Shown here: in pieces, positions 35,101 through 44,058 of the stretch
Numbering within the stretch: position 1 is the first letter of the stretch
How the letters are laid out: each line of letters begins with the position of its first letter
Origin: Trypanosoma brucei
Lineage: Eukaryota
Direction of reading: 5' to 3'
DNA length: 64,000 nucleotides
Assembly: GCA_000002445.1 (NCBI GenBank)
Contig: CM000208.1
Span: 2,848,001-2,912,000 of the forward strand
Made by a program: the position numbers and the translations under genes
Notes under the pieces: generated by a model
Told to the model about the DNA's origin: nothing
Database searches by the model: none
Seen by the model: only the letters and a program-made list of their open reading frames with translations

Positions 35101-35719
35101 TGCGCAAGTGAGTGTGGCGTCAAGCATGGGCTCAGTTGTCACTGCCAGAAGTACCGTATCTTTGTTAGGGGAGCTGCGCGGCACATCAAACGACCATGAT
35201 ACTGAAATTGCTTCTAGAGACACTAGCAATGCTGGCACTTGGACCGTTTTCAGTGGTTGCACGCGTAAGGAGCTTGTGTCCGCTTTTGGTTCCCCCTCTT
35301 GTCGAGCTCTGATGCTGCTTTGTGACCCTGTCGGACATAAGTTTAAAGTTGCCGATGGCATGGTCGGACTTGCCGATGTTATACGCGGCAATCCATCTCT
35401 ATCGGAAACGCTGGATCTTGTAGTTATTACAAATGAGCGCTCAACGATGACTTCAGTTGAAGAGCCCGGGATAGCCGCAAGATTGTGCTTGCAGTACGGT
35501 TATCCGCGTGTCATCCGTGTGGATCTACCGCCCGGCACAGGTGTAACCACTGCACACCTGAGACTTTTACACGCGTACTACGAAAAGCTGTCCATGACCC
35601 TCGAGTGGCGCATGCGGTATCCCTACGCATTGGCACTCCGTATGGCCCAGGAAGAGGCATTGCGACTTGGTTTCCCACCCACTGTGTGCGCTTCCCTCAC
35701 GCTGATTGGAGCAGCATGA
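29141..35719 (+). CDS. Giant protein (2192 aa) with TPR-like helical repeats and a C-terminal CHAT-like (caspase-fold) domain
   Basis: Central TPR-like units (ALQEYSDALSIYSAG; AKLAEVYVALRKPLTAIHYYRQVLENS; ARLHLARLHTATGE). The last 350 aa or so track the CHAT-domain pattern: LVFVVDPTLLQVPFPALV, YTVLVTPTVVNF, LDLVVITNERS, GIAARLCLQYGYPRVIRV, and the ending ALALRMAQEEALRL...CASLTLIGAA (compare the CHAT end ALrxAqlwL...WAaFvLiG). The domain call is from memory of the Pfam CHAT profile. Confidence 0.7.
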   Translation: MNFRKLTKFWRRQTSQVDVVSGSEKCTSGDYCDTFVGLFRGQQGKNFVSSLESGQAALEYIKNVTERGQMTSGTLSSSTDDELKREREETLVALELCVITHPQFVNTDVNSSNIESGESEGVSPSTTEKVAHEAATNTTGEEVTITISETSNGTAAASANTRNGEAATPVAHYTQEERRALLYELVSIMLSIDRFLYINKIREEIQLQHPSMLVTPPPTTTIGTELLETAPSTNATDEKSVDFESDPYVAPPSISSTGRESVPDLASCQSNPGDPDGDISNRSLNRAEEVVARIQAITTWIVLQKVLRSQLELHRERATQPNSPTIEAGASEAEYVLHFEELWIDTAPLRWEQVVEELKEALGMRRKEIAEAIISSWILNNHAGHELLQCVMLEFCYGANFEHKTAVDVDTTRPEIIFMPAIGSNDSDGQNQSLQQTEALTDTTPEAHGGDDVVPDDMVEKVKKTFKQCIVTPWVCYLEQSLQVFQLEGGNRPGKVLDTTNVSLCCMVSAYAICSKHWEEVKRRDIFHFLEKLWCEQHVSTQVERMKCVSTGTEEDTKPESEEVECVDSCSPPQALDGDSDGTVTVGHCAENDKYAFLCGDEFILPVMLHEAWATVLCIRAHQCLNGAGQPLSEAVRHVRRACSLPIQRFPFWYCQRAHEAIVHAYVAAGNYAGAIEIGRANVNRSERYCATHGHCLASRVNYLESLQLLAEIQAVYPGSTSFTSTVQTVLQQAVLCEQALKDVLPVYINGVASRYAALRRNIYRVKLMVLKLSWRVHYRLAEVTRANMYFHQYIHLLTCRKVPGRLEEQYNAWKERGEQLLGVEHNSAVCFFARAVDCAKKIVSSVSRTAPTVDSTANCACSPVTLPCLAAADATDTVHQEIELNKMEAEGERNLALAYIEQADHEVNVKKRRQQLSNAVNCAYAAQGILHRWTSKLKAVIPSTLMIGVASGIVVTTKALLRLGQPRKAALLLEPLIEERSNSSSVRPPLWTSALEPLGRPLTAGEISERTATMLVRLRACDLHAQCLSKFDGERGYREVERARSFLKELKTWAVSVIAESAVVYPKGEQLMVDSSMYNGILELLREANALHPLLSITCGDSLVSLGKWEEALQEYSDALSIYSAGSEMDGLSNRPGDGINECPFTTDGVMQIQETTRWGKDQDRIKKYFKIKESLVLAKLAEVYVALRKPLTAIHYYRQVLENSTEVGDALLQYNARLHLARLHTATGETDVAAEQWSQVSELAKVYDDEEISRETTRNIIEAQQTRGAYADVIEVARELNNLASAAEGEDALEDRCFALEAIADAHLQLGQYKDCVKLLDEREKVEDKGAQRKGELFNMRARALLGSGATQEAVKVLVKWAQVARQQSKFVELANANASLAAAYATAGQIFKAKRHHQAVLSALAEVPDMTQEQSGTAMESARWLVHQFYLNDEKVPLLDDTRCAREEKRPSAMNDSFFPSSQSVRRYDVVSPCVLSTASGEGSEGEGEENEGDEYFVMSESGDLNVLLQEEEKHARRRLKNRSASHDNCCNSCSSGVYSGSSEGSSEGGNTAMDERFLTDCDNGEELPLNCSMVGVDMASVLQQDDTAVHTLGVSRGRDVTNGCGSDEATITEKPVLPSSDLCGLSPSVSPPVSNVSGDAATTNATPVLRGKLADLRAKQTCASVAETYHTDAASEGSHSGGSPVNIQAGDDDGAPTEAPTREFLDRVTTKSPNPAAVHTKCFHRALETIEAATQLALMTVAGRQGTIPRNPADVIDLALISFPHCTFVFYFADFATQHSVIIRPACRSFYLECLVHPYTLNNYHSGGFPPQSQNQQDGHRMIPDENNGATADGSVTSPDSSCKWTSGEHELLQSLHDLHADLWEPVCFLLKRSHCRPDEAECLVFVVDPTLLQVPFPALVGRGDKEIPLGQQYTVLVTPTVVNFLRTMQHNKRPTLFGAPQKDRSAFLPQGVSSQPWIASETTLKTSSQLGSCSFPAQPIPTAQVSVASSMGSVVTARSTVSLLGELRGTSNDHDTEIASRDTSNAGTWTVFSGCTRKELVSAFGSPSCRALMLLCDPVGHKFKVADGMVGLADVIRGNPSLSETLDLVVITNERSTMTSVEEPGIAARLCLQYGYPRVIRVDLPPGTGVTTAHLRLLHAYYEKLSMTLEWRMRYPYALALRMAQEEALRLGFPPTVCASLTLIGAA

Positions 35720-36723
35720 CAGCTTGCCAATATTATCTCAAATTTTCAGCATAAATGTCTTTTCGTGTCCGTGTTTTGTCCTTAGCTGTGCGCTATGTGA
35801 AGGAAAGTGAATAACTAAGAAAAGAAAGTGCTAACTACTGTACAGTGATGTTCACCAAATTGCTTGCGTAGTTGGTACCGGCATACAAAGTCGTGTATGG
35901 TTAGCTTCATCTTTTTTTTATTGCAAATATATTTGTAGGCATGTGTGCCTTTGTACCATTGAAGCTCCTTTCCCTTCCCTTCTCTTCTCTCCCATTTCCT
36001 TTAGCTTCTCCCCTGTTGAAGTCTGCATCTTCTATTCTCCTTTTTTTTTTAAACACACGCGAACACACACACAAAAAAAACACCTTATTTCTTTTTTGTC
36101 TTTTTCCCCCTTTTAACCCCCTCCTTCCTGCATTCCATTGTCGGGGATCCATACCGAAGAAGCCACGGGTGCTTCTTGTAATGGGGACCAACGGAAATAT
36201 GTAGTGTGTTCGGCTCCACTAGGAGAAGCACGGGAGAATCTGTGTCCTCCGATTATTTTATTTCTCCCTTCTTTTCTATTGCTTGTTGCATCAGCTAAGG
36301 ATGATAAAATAGTCGGGTTATGGGGAAAGCGTGTAGTGAGGTGCACATACAAATGTTTGGAATAGTGTAGGAGACGATGAGGTTTGTGAAGGATGGACTG
36401 AAGTCGTGAGGGGAGCGGGCGGATCATTCAGGTGTGAAAAGGAATGAGTGAATGAGGTTCACTTGATTTTCCTCAAACATTTCCTTGACTCACCCTACGT
36501 ATGTACACACGCAGCTGCTACCGTCACCACGCAAGACATTTTTCGCTTTCCACGTTGAAATACTCATGTGCCTGCTTTTTATTTTTATCACCACTGCCAT
36601 TATATGAAGTGCTGGAGGGTCACTGACTGCATCCACGAATTCCTTTTAATTTTGAAACCTAGTGTGTGTGTTTGTGTGTGTTAATGTGACCTTTATCCGA
36701 CTGTGTTTACATGTTTGAGGAGC

Positions 36724-36805
36724 GTTCCTTTTTTTTTTCCACTGAATTGTACTGGCATCATCAATATTTTTTTTTGGTCTTTCTTTTTTTTTTTGTTGTT
36801 CCCCA
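36724..36805 (+). promoter_or_regulatory. Pair of long poly-T/pyrimidine tracts upstream of the 799-aa gene
   Basis: ttccttttttttttcc ... tatttttttttggtctttctttttttttttgttgttcccc read directly. The first AG after the tract (about 36846) lies downstream of the first ATG (36822), which suggests the real start is the ATG at about 36870. Confidence 0.4.
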
Positions 36806-36821
36806 TTGGTGTTGCTAAACT

Positions 36822-39221
36822 TTGAACAACTTCATTGCTGTCCATAGTTTGCTGTCACGTCGATTAAGGATGTCTGCGACATCCCCGAGAAATATATATG
36901 CACCGCTCAAAGTTGAGTTCGACAGCGAGGTTGAAATCACAATTCACAGCGCCTTCTTACAAACGGCACGTTTGCTTCAATGTGACCCGATGGCGCACGT
37001 AAGCGTCTCTACGCTTCATGTGGCAACGGACACACGTCGACCGTGCGGGGGTGTTACTCAAGTTGGAGAGAGTACTAGAATAGTTAAAAACGAGCGTCCC
37101 GTTGGTTCAACGAGGCGGCTGCACTTCACCTCAAAGCCAAACTTCAGTGAAATCATACGGTTTGTGATACCTTTCACACAGTGCCGTCGGTCGACTATGA
37201 GACCAGAATCGCGGCTGCTGCTTCGTAAAACCGCTGCGGCAGTATCTACGGATGACAATCCTGATGAGCGGTTTGTTGATCATCAAGTATTGATAACAAT
37301 TACCGACGCACAAGAACAGGGATACGGTCAGGCCGTGTGTCCGTTTCTTTTGCACGTCCCTAGCAGCTCCACGGAGCCACAACGCATCATGCTACAGCCA
37401 CGCAACAAACACGACAAGCACGACCCCGTATTCAAATCTGATGTGGCTCTGCTTGCTAAGCACGGCGTTGACGATTTTGGTTTCGTGGATATATCGTGGC
37501 GAGTCAGTCTGATCCCGCACGGTGGTGCCCTTATCACTGCGTTGCAACCATCGGTAAGCGTACCTACATTTCCCATAGGACTCGTGCTGCGGGCAACGTG
37601 GCTCGTAGCTGGTAACGTCCACCAACCTCGCACACAGTACACGACGTCTGTGGAGTTTGGCGGGCAAGACCGTTTTTTGTTTGAAGGGACAAAACCGCTT
37701 TTTCTTACAATTCAAAGCGCTGCGCAGCTTGAGCGAGCCATCGTTCATTGCACTTTCCACGACACAACGACTCGTCCCCAGTCGTATGATGTGGCTGTAC
37801 CACTGCCTGTTCCCCCGATGGCCTCTTTTGCCATGGAGCGCGATGTATGGTGGACAACTCCCGTGCGAACCGCATGTGGTGTTGACTTAGGCATTCTTCT
37901 GGCATCTATACGTCTTGCACAACGACCTCTTGATGGCAGTACACCATTCTGTACCGTTGAGGGTTGTAGGGAAATTAACAACCCCATTCACCAGTCGCAG
38001 TTTGCACATGTGGCAAAGGAGTGGGGACGCGCACCACCCAATACACCGCCTGGTGCCTACTACCCATTGTTTTGGGAATCTGAGCAGCATATTGCTCGCG
38101 TGGCGGAGCGGCAGTGGCGCCATGATTGCATTGTTGGGGCACGTCCCTCTATAGAGCATGTGCGGCACCTCCTGGAGGTCCTTGCGGGTCGCATTGCCGT
38201 CGATGGCGGCGTGAATGGGGTTGCGGCAGTATACTTCAACCATGCACCGACTACAACACTACAGCAACACCAGGTAAAGCAGTTTCTTGTAACGTGTGCT
38301 TTCCACGCAAAGGAGATGACAGTGCAAGATGCAGCCCGGTTTTGCTTCTTTGCCCTTCGTCGCGACATGGAGCAGGCCATAACGAAGGAAGACGTCGTCT
38401 TCATTCTAGATCACGCACTTATCGGGAAAACAATTGATATGCCTGAGAAAGAAGTATCCCGTCGCGTTGACGACATCTTTGGCGATGGTGTGTACATCAC
38501 CTTTGACGACTTCATGCGTTATTTCATTAACAACTATGCCATGTGGTACCAGTTTGGTGTACCCATTACGACAGGTGATGAACAGGCGGCACAGGGCAGC
38601 ATGGATGTGGCCGTGGAACTCGGACCAAATGCTCAAGGGACGGCGAAGGAGGAATCTGGTGAGGAAGCTCGTGGTGGTGCCGCAGTGCCTGTCGCGCCTC
38701 GTGGAGAGGAGGCCGGGTCATCGAACTCTAATCCTCAAGATGTTGGCGTTTGGCGCAGATTTATAGCACGTGTTCAGCATAGTAACAGGGCATTTAGCGT
38801 AACAGCGCACGTGAACGACTCCATTGCAGAGGTGATGGTGATGGTGCAGAATAGTACTGGAATCCGCGCGTCCTGTCAGGAGTGGAGGATGAATGGTGTT
38901 TTGTTGGATCCAAAGGCTACGGTAGGAAGCACAAAGTTGGGGCTTAGCTCGCGGAATGATGCGTCACCGGAGGTCGTCATTATTGAACGTGATGAATCCT
39001 TGCGTCTTGTTATGTTGTACAAGGAGAAGTCAGTCCGTTGGGAGCTACGCATTCAAGAAACAGAAAAGGTGCTGCGACTCAGAGCACTGGTTCAGCAAAA
39101 AACATTGATACCCCTCTCACGTTGTGTTATGCGGGCGAATGGCCAACGCCTTCAGGACAGGCACCCACTTCAACACTATCAACTTCAAAATGGCGATGTC
39201 GTCGAGGTAATGCAAGAGTAA
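36822..39221 (+). CDS. Hypothetical protein with two C-terminal ubiquitin-like (beta-grasp) domains; the probable true start is the downstream ATG near 36870
   Basis: 799-aa ORF. The C-terminal segments FSVTAHVNDSIAEVMVMVQNSTGIRASCQEWRMNGVLLDPKATVG and RLVMLYKEKSVRWELRIQETEKVLRLRALVQQKTLIPLSRCVMRANGQRLQDRHPLQHYQLQNGDVVEV each follow the ubiquitin pattern (L..G..L.D...L..Y.I.NGD.V). An EF-hand-like stretch DDIFGDGVYITFDDFMRYF is also present. Confidence 0.65.
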   Translation: MNNFIAVHSLLSRRLRMSATSPRNIYAPLKVEFDSEVEITIHSAFLQTARLLQCDPMAHVSVSTLHVATDTRRPCGGVTQVGESTRIVKNERPVGSTRRLHFTSKPNFSEIIRFVIPFTQCRRSTMRPESRLLLRKTAAAVSTDDNPDERFVDHQVLITITDAQEQGYGQAVCPFLLHVPSSSTEPQRIMLQPRNKHDKHDPVFKSDVALLAKHGVDDFGFVDISWRVSLIPHGGALITALQPSVSVPTFPIGLVLRATWLVAGNVHQPRTQYTTSVEFGGQDRFLFEGTKPLFLTIQSAAQLERAIVHCTFHDTTTRPQSYDVAVPLPVPPMASFAMERDVWWTTPVRTACGVDLGILLASIRLAQRPLDGSTPFCTVEGCREINNPIHQSQFAHVAKEWGRAPPNTPPGAYYPLFWESEQHIARVAERQWRHDCIVGARPSIEHVRHLLEVLAGRIAVDGGVNGVAAVYFNHAPTTTLQQHQVKQFLVTCAFHAKEMTVQDAARFCFFALRRDMEQAITKEDVVFILDHALIGKTIDMPEKEVSRRVDDIFGDGVYITFDDFMRYFINNYAMWYQFGVPITTGDEQAAQGSMDVAVELGPNAQGTAKEESGEEARGGAAVPVAPRGEEAGSSNSNPQDVGVWRRFIARVQHSNRAFSVTAHVNDSIAEVMVMVQNSTGIRASCQEWRMNGVLLDPKATVGSTKLGLSSRNDASPEVVIIERDESLRLVMLYKEKSVRWELRIQETEKVLRLRALVQQKTLIPLSRCVMRANGQRLQDRHPLQHYQLQNGDVVEVMQE

Positions 39222-39919
39222 CGTCCATATTAACATGGGAAGGAGCGTTGGCTTCAAAAAAACATTGCACGCATTTGCGTGCGCAACGTTATGCAATACA
39301 GCAAACCATAGAGAGTAACTTATAGAGAAAGGCAAAGGGATGAAAGAAAACAATACTTGATTTGTGCCTGTTGTTTAGTCTGCGCGTTCTTGTGGGATAA
39401 AGAAAGCCATAAGGAAGAAGAGCAATGATGTTGTATAGAGATATTTTTCTTTTTTTTTGCCTTTTACATTGACAGTTTGTTCCCATAGAAGGAGTCATCA
39501 TATAGAAGTGGGGTCAGCTGTGTCCGTGATAAAGCACTGATAGTAATAATAAAATCATCAGCACTGGTGCGTGCGTATTGTCTGGGACCTCGTACAGTGA
39601 AAGAATAATTGTGGAGGGGGGTGAGCATTATTCCTTCCCCCTTCCTATTCGCCGTGCATTCAGCATACCCATTTTCCGTTCCTTCCATCTCCTTCTACAT
39701 CTTTCACTCGTGGAGACAATATAGGCGCCTCGAGACAAGCTGTTTGTGTACTTCGGCAGGTATCCACAAAAAAGCAAAAGGGAAGCAAAAAAGATAGTGA
39801 GGGATTTCCAGGCTCGACGGCGTATCAGATTCTTGTGAGGAAAGGAGAGAGTTGCAAGGGGTTTCCTTCCTGTGGTTTATAGAACCTGGGGTTTGCACTT
39901 CCAGAGAGTCTGAGAGAGC

Positions 39920-42295
39920 ATGCCCGGGAGTTTGAATTCCTGTCCTAATAACCCTAACACTCAGCACTGTGTCCTTTTTTCAACAGTGTCACACTGGACG
40001 GGCCCGCAGTCACTCTACTATTGCTTCCCCCGCAGTCGCACTTTGCTGCAGATAGCACGGTTTATCTTGGATGACCCCGATCTGAGCACTCAGCTTGGCT
40101 ACGGTGCGTTGTTGGGGAGCAATCGGTCAACCGAGTTGTTGAAACAGTACATTTATTGCTCTGCGCATGTGCCGGCTGCTTCCAGCAATGAAAGATACCA
40201 CGCCGCATCGTGGTGCATAGCCTCTGTTGGCATAACCCTAATCTTGGTTGCCACGGTCTGTGACTACAAGTGGCGAGTGGGGACCAGTAGTGTCACACAC
40301 GAGGCAGATGAAACGGGAAATGAAGGGGCAAGCGAACTCAACCCACGCGCCACTCCCGCGTGTTTGCCTTTGATTAGCGCAGAGGAAGTACGTGAGGACT
40401 CTACTAAACTGCCTACTACGCCTAGCCCCGATTGCTCCCGTCAGTGTCCCCGCGCGGGTGGGCTTAGCCGATTTCACCAAATATATGGTGTGCATTCGCC
40501 ACTTCTAACACCCGAGGAGCAACTTACAGCACAGAGTGCTGTGGATAGTTCGAGCGCGTCGATACCTTCCGCACAGGAGGCTTCGGTGTTCAGTTCTTTG
40601 ACTCAGCAACGTTTGGGGTTTCAAGGGACCTCCATGAGGAGCGACGAGCAATTTTTGGGTATTAAAGCTGGTGTGGCACTGGCGTCAGTACCCACTTTAA
40701 TGCAAGAGTCTGGAGATGGAGGTAATTCTTGTGTAACAAAACTGCACGCCCTCAACGTCGAAAAGCTGAATAGGTCCCTGCAAAAGGATCCACTGAGGGG
40801 ATCGGATGCGCCTGTTTTGAGATCCGGTGTGGCGCACGTTGTGCAGTGTTTGTCGCTGGTTAGCAGTTTCCAGAAGTGGCGAGGTTACCCTGAGTCGGAA
40901 TCCGACTTGAATCTGTTTAACGGGCTCCGTGTAATCACTTTCCTTTGGGTAACGATATTCGGAACGTTTTGGTTTACCCAACAAATTAGTCCTGTGAACA
41001 GTTCTGTGGTTCCGAGTGATAGCATGCTTTACGCCTTCCTCCAGAAGAGGATTTTCTCCGCTTGCGCTATTAGCACGTTTCTTGTTATTGCTGGGTTTCT
41101 AACTCTTCATCGTCTTCACATTTATGAGGAGTGGCAAATGAAATCACCTGCCGTGCGTGCAAAGTGGTCGCGGGGCACGCGTAGGCAGTGGCTACTGAAG
41201 GGTGCTCTGTCGTATACCCGTTATGTGGTTTCTCGCTTCGTTCGTGTAATTCCAGTCGCTCTCACGGTAACGTTGCTCGTGCCAAATATTTTGCCAGCGA
41301 CTTCAAAGGGTCCGCTATGGATGGCGCTATCAAATGCACCGGCACTTCACAAAAACTGTGAAGACTACTGGTGGACGAACCTCCTGCTGATCAACAATAT
41401 GGTCCCCACCGATGGAAGTAAGTGTTGTTTTCCTTGGTCCTATTATGTGGCACTTGAGTTCCAGTTGGTCGCTACCGGACCCCTCATTTACCGGCTCGCT
41501 AGATCTTTGCACACCCGTGTATATACCGCCGGCTCAATTGCCTGCGTGATGATAGGTGTGGCCCTGCGCTACAGTGCATTTATGTCCAAGAAAGGCAAGC
41601 ACCTCGAAAAGAGTGAAGCGGCACCGTATACATTCGACGCTGGGGCGCTGTATGAGTGGCCGCACCTCATGTTCATTCCGTTTCTCGCTGGAGCCATTCT
41701 CCATCGCATTTATATCGCCGTGAAGCATCGTGCGCAGACGCTGCTTATGTTTGGCCCTGATATGTTCACGGTTATGCATCGTTGCCCTGAGAGTACCACC
41801 ACGGAGGATAGGCTAAGTTACTTCATACTGGAAAAACTGCGCCTTAGGAGCATGCGCTTTCTGATAATGTGGGGAGGTATTGGTATGATGTGTCTCTGTG
41901 TGTTTTGGGGTTGGAGCGTTCTTCACTTGTCACAAGAGACTACACAAGTGAGCGTATGCCGTGCAGCCTATGAGTCACTCATTCTCCTTTTCTGGTGCCT
42001 TGGGTTGTGCATGTTGGTTTTCCCCTTACTATTTGGGTATGGTGGAGCAACTCGACGGTTTCTTGTTCATCCCTTATGGTGTGGACTGTCGCGTCTGGTG
42101 CTGGTGGGATATCTGCTCACCCCTATCGTCATTGGCATCGTAAACGCTCACTGGGGTCCCACAAACGTGGGTGTGATGCTACTTCTTATGTTGCGGTGGC
42201 TGGGATGCACTTTTTTGACATTTTTGGCAGCGTTCGTGCTTCACATGCTGGTTGAACGGCCGTTCTTGTACATCAGTTCACAAGGAAAGTACTGA
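39920..42295 (+). CDS. Polytopic membrane protein of the acyltransferase-3 (NRF-domain) family
   Basis: 791 aa. The domain entry LNLFNGLRVITFLWVTIFGTFWF matches the AT3 start (LxGLRgiAalxVvxxH). CCFPWSYYVALEFQLVATGPLIY matches the AT3 core hLWYLSvEfQFY. There are ten or more hydrophobic helices. Confidence 0.6.
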   Translation: MPGSLNSCPNNPNTQHCVLFSTVSHWTGPQSLYYCFPRSRTLLQIARFILDDPDLSTQLGYGALLGSNRSTELLKQYIYCSAHVPAASSNERYHAASWCIASVGITLILVATVCDYKWRVGTSSVTHEADETGNEGASELNPRATPACLPLISAEEVREDSTKLPTTPSPDCSRQCPRAGGLSRFHQIYGVHSPLLTPEEQLTAQSAVDSSSASIPSAQEASVFSSLTQQRLGFQGTSMRSDEQFLGIKAGVALASVPTLMQESGDGGNSCVTKLHALNVEKLNRSLQKDPLRGSDAPVLRSGVAHVVQCLSLVSSFQKWRGYPESESDLNLFNGLRVITFLWVTIFGTFWFTQQISPVNSSVVPSDSMLYAFLQKRIFSACAISTFLVIAGFLTLHRLHIYEEWQMKSPAVRAKWSRGTRRQWLLKGALSYTRYVVSRFVRVIPVALTVTLLVPNILPATSKGPLWMALSNAPALHKNCEDYWWTNLLLINNMVPTDGSKCCFPWSYYVALEFQLVATGPLIYRLARSLHTRVYTAGSIACVMIGVALRYSAFMSKKGKHLEKSEAAPYTFDAGALYEWPHLMFIPFLAGAILHRIYIAVKHRAQTLLMFGPDMFTVMHRCPESTTTEDRLSYFILEKLRLRSMRFLIMWGGIGMMCLCVFWGWSVLHLSQETTQVSVCRAAYESLILLFWCLGLCMLVFPLLFGYGGATRRFLVHPLWCGLSRLVLVGYLLTPIVIGIVNAHWGPTNVGVMLLLMLRWLGCTFLTFLAAFVLHMLVERPFLYISSQGKY

Positions 42296-42702
42296 GGTGA
42301 GGAAACACCGCCGATAATACTACGTCATCATTCAGTACGATAACCGCGTTGTGAGCGGTGGTTGGGGTTAGGGGGGCAACACCATTATTAATAATGCTTT
42401 TTAACAGTAGTGCCCTACCCTGTTTGCATGTCCCTGCAATGCCGGTGGAACAGAGTCGTGGGGAGCTCTTTTGGGTGGAGTAATACAAACAGCGGTTATG
42501 GTTCTGTGCCACAAACATGACGTGGCGGCAGTGTGCGTTGGCACACAAGCAAATATGCGCCATTTTCTTCCTTCACCTACGTTTTCCCCATACTTTTTGA
42601 AACATGCGTTGCTTGCTCCAAGCATTCACAGTACCTTGGCTTCCGCTGAATAAGCCACAACTCTCGCCCTGATTACCTCCTCAAAGGTATAGGTGAAGTT
42701 TG

Positions 42703-44058
42703 ATGAGGGATGTACTAGCGAGCTTCATCGAAGCAAGTGCCGCCCGCGGGGCGTGGGAGTCCGCGCTAGCTGCGTGGAACACTGCTTTGTTTACTAATAG
42801 TAGAGAGGTGTCTTCTAACCATACACTGTTACTCACCCGTGTGTTGGCGCAGTACAGCCGCTGGCGTGAAGCGGTGGCTGTGGCTACCAGTGCGGAAACA
42901 GCATTGTGCAGTAGGCAGCTTGCCGCTCGGCGCGTGGCATTATTGGCAACGATAAAGGCGGGCAGTTGGAGGGAGGCCTGTCAGCAAGTGCTCAGTGTCC
43001 GGCGCTACCTTGAAAATAGCGCAGCAATAGGCCCCTCAGTCGGTTACACTGAGGAGGCTGAGATCAGTAAAGAGCTCTACCTGGTTGTGGAGTTGATTGA
43101 GCAGGATCTGTTGCAAGGGATCCCCACTGAGCAACGTGGGCTTTGGGACCCTGTTGTTGGTTGCTTACGGGGGAAGGTAGAGCGCCACCCTCCGAAACAA
43201 GCCGGAGAATTACGTCGGTGCATTCCTGATGTTGAAAACACCACAAGGAGTGATGAATACCAAATGAGGTGCGGTAGTGATGCTGATCACGTGACTAATA
43301 ACGAAGAGCTAGTTCATATTCTTCGCAAGCCAAAGGAGCGCAATTCGTGGTGCGGTGCACTTCGGCTTCTGTTGGACATGCAGCACCCTAACGCTGCCTC
43401 AGTTAATATTGTGATTACCATTTTAAAGTCGCAAGGTCGTGAAGCGGAAGTACTTAGGGTGGTCAACGACTTTATGGTGTCGCGGAAGATTCAACCAACA
43501 GCAATAACGGTGAAGGCTGTATCAGAGGCCGCAAACACCATGCGGTCCCTTCCCCTTTGTATATCCATTCTTGACAACCCGTCGATGCGGGGCAAACTTA
43601 CAGCTCAGTCAGCCGTTCCAATGGTATTGGCACTGCAGCGGCTTGCTGAGTGGAAAAGATGTCTTGAGTGGTGGTCCTCCGTGCCTCCACCCACTACACT
43701 TTCGGGCGAGGGAACCACTGACTACAACTCCGGCGGTGTACCAAATCTTCGGCGGCATCTTAAGCTAAGCAGCTACGTTGCCGTCTGTTTGGCGGGTGGG
43801 GGATGCTGGTTAGATGCGCTCGCGGCTCTTCATTACGCTGCGCCATACGACCCACCCCTCGCGATTCTGTTCTCCCTCCGCGCACTGCGAGTGGCAGGAA
43901 ATTGGGAGGCTGCTGTGACGTTACTGCATAAAAATTGCTCAGTATGGAAAGGGTCAAAGGTAACGCTTCAGGTCCTGGACGTCGTCACAGAACAGAATGC
44001 AGAGAGTTGGATCCCGCCGCACGTTGTGCATATGTTGCGGGGATTATTTCGCTCGTAA
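42703..44058 (+). CDS. Hypothetical alpha-helical repeat protein (PPR/TPR-like, tentative)
   Basis: The track ORF starts at TTG; the ATG is one codon later (MRDVLASF...). Roughly 35-aa helical pairs repeat, for example WCGALRLLLDMQHPNAASVNIVITILKSQGREAEVLRVVNDFMVSRKIQPTAITV. The PPR assignment is weak. Confidence 0.5.
   Translation: MRDVLASFIEASAARGAWESALAAWNTALFTNSREVSSNHTLLLTRVLAQYSRWREAVAVATSAETALCSRQLAARRVALLATIKAGSWREACQQVLSVRRYLENSAAIGPSVGYTEEAEISKELYLVVELIEQDLLQGIPTEQRGLWDPVVGCLRGKVERHPPKQAGELRRCIPDVENTTRSDEYQMRCGSDADHVTNNEELVHILRKPKERNSWCGALRLLLDMQHPNAASVNIVITILKSQGREAEVLRVVNDFMVSRKIQPTAITVKAVSEAANTMRSLPLCISILDNPSMRGKLTAQSAVPMVLALQRLAEWKRCLEWWSSVPPPTTLSGEGTTDYNSGGVPNLRRHLKLSSYVAVCLAGGGCWLDALAALHYAAPYDPPLAILFSLRALRVAGNWEAAVTLLHKNCSVWKGSKVTLQVLDVVTEQNAESWIPPHVVHMLRGLFRS

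Noticed and set aside
34885-35391. 168-aa minus-strand ORF
   Set aside because: It lies wholly inside the 2192-aa plus-strand CDS, has no motif, and is the antisense shadow of a GC-balanced coding region.
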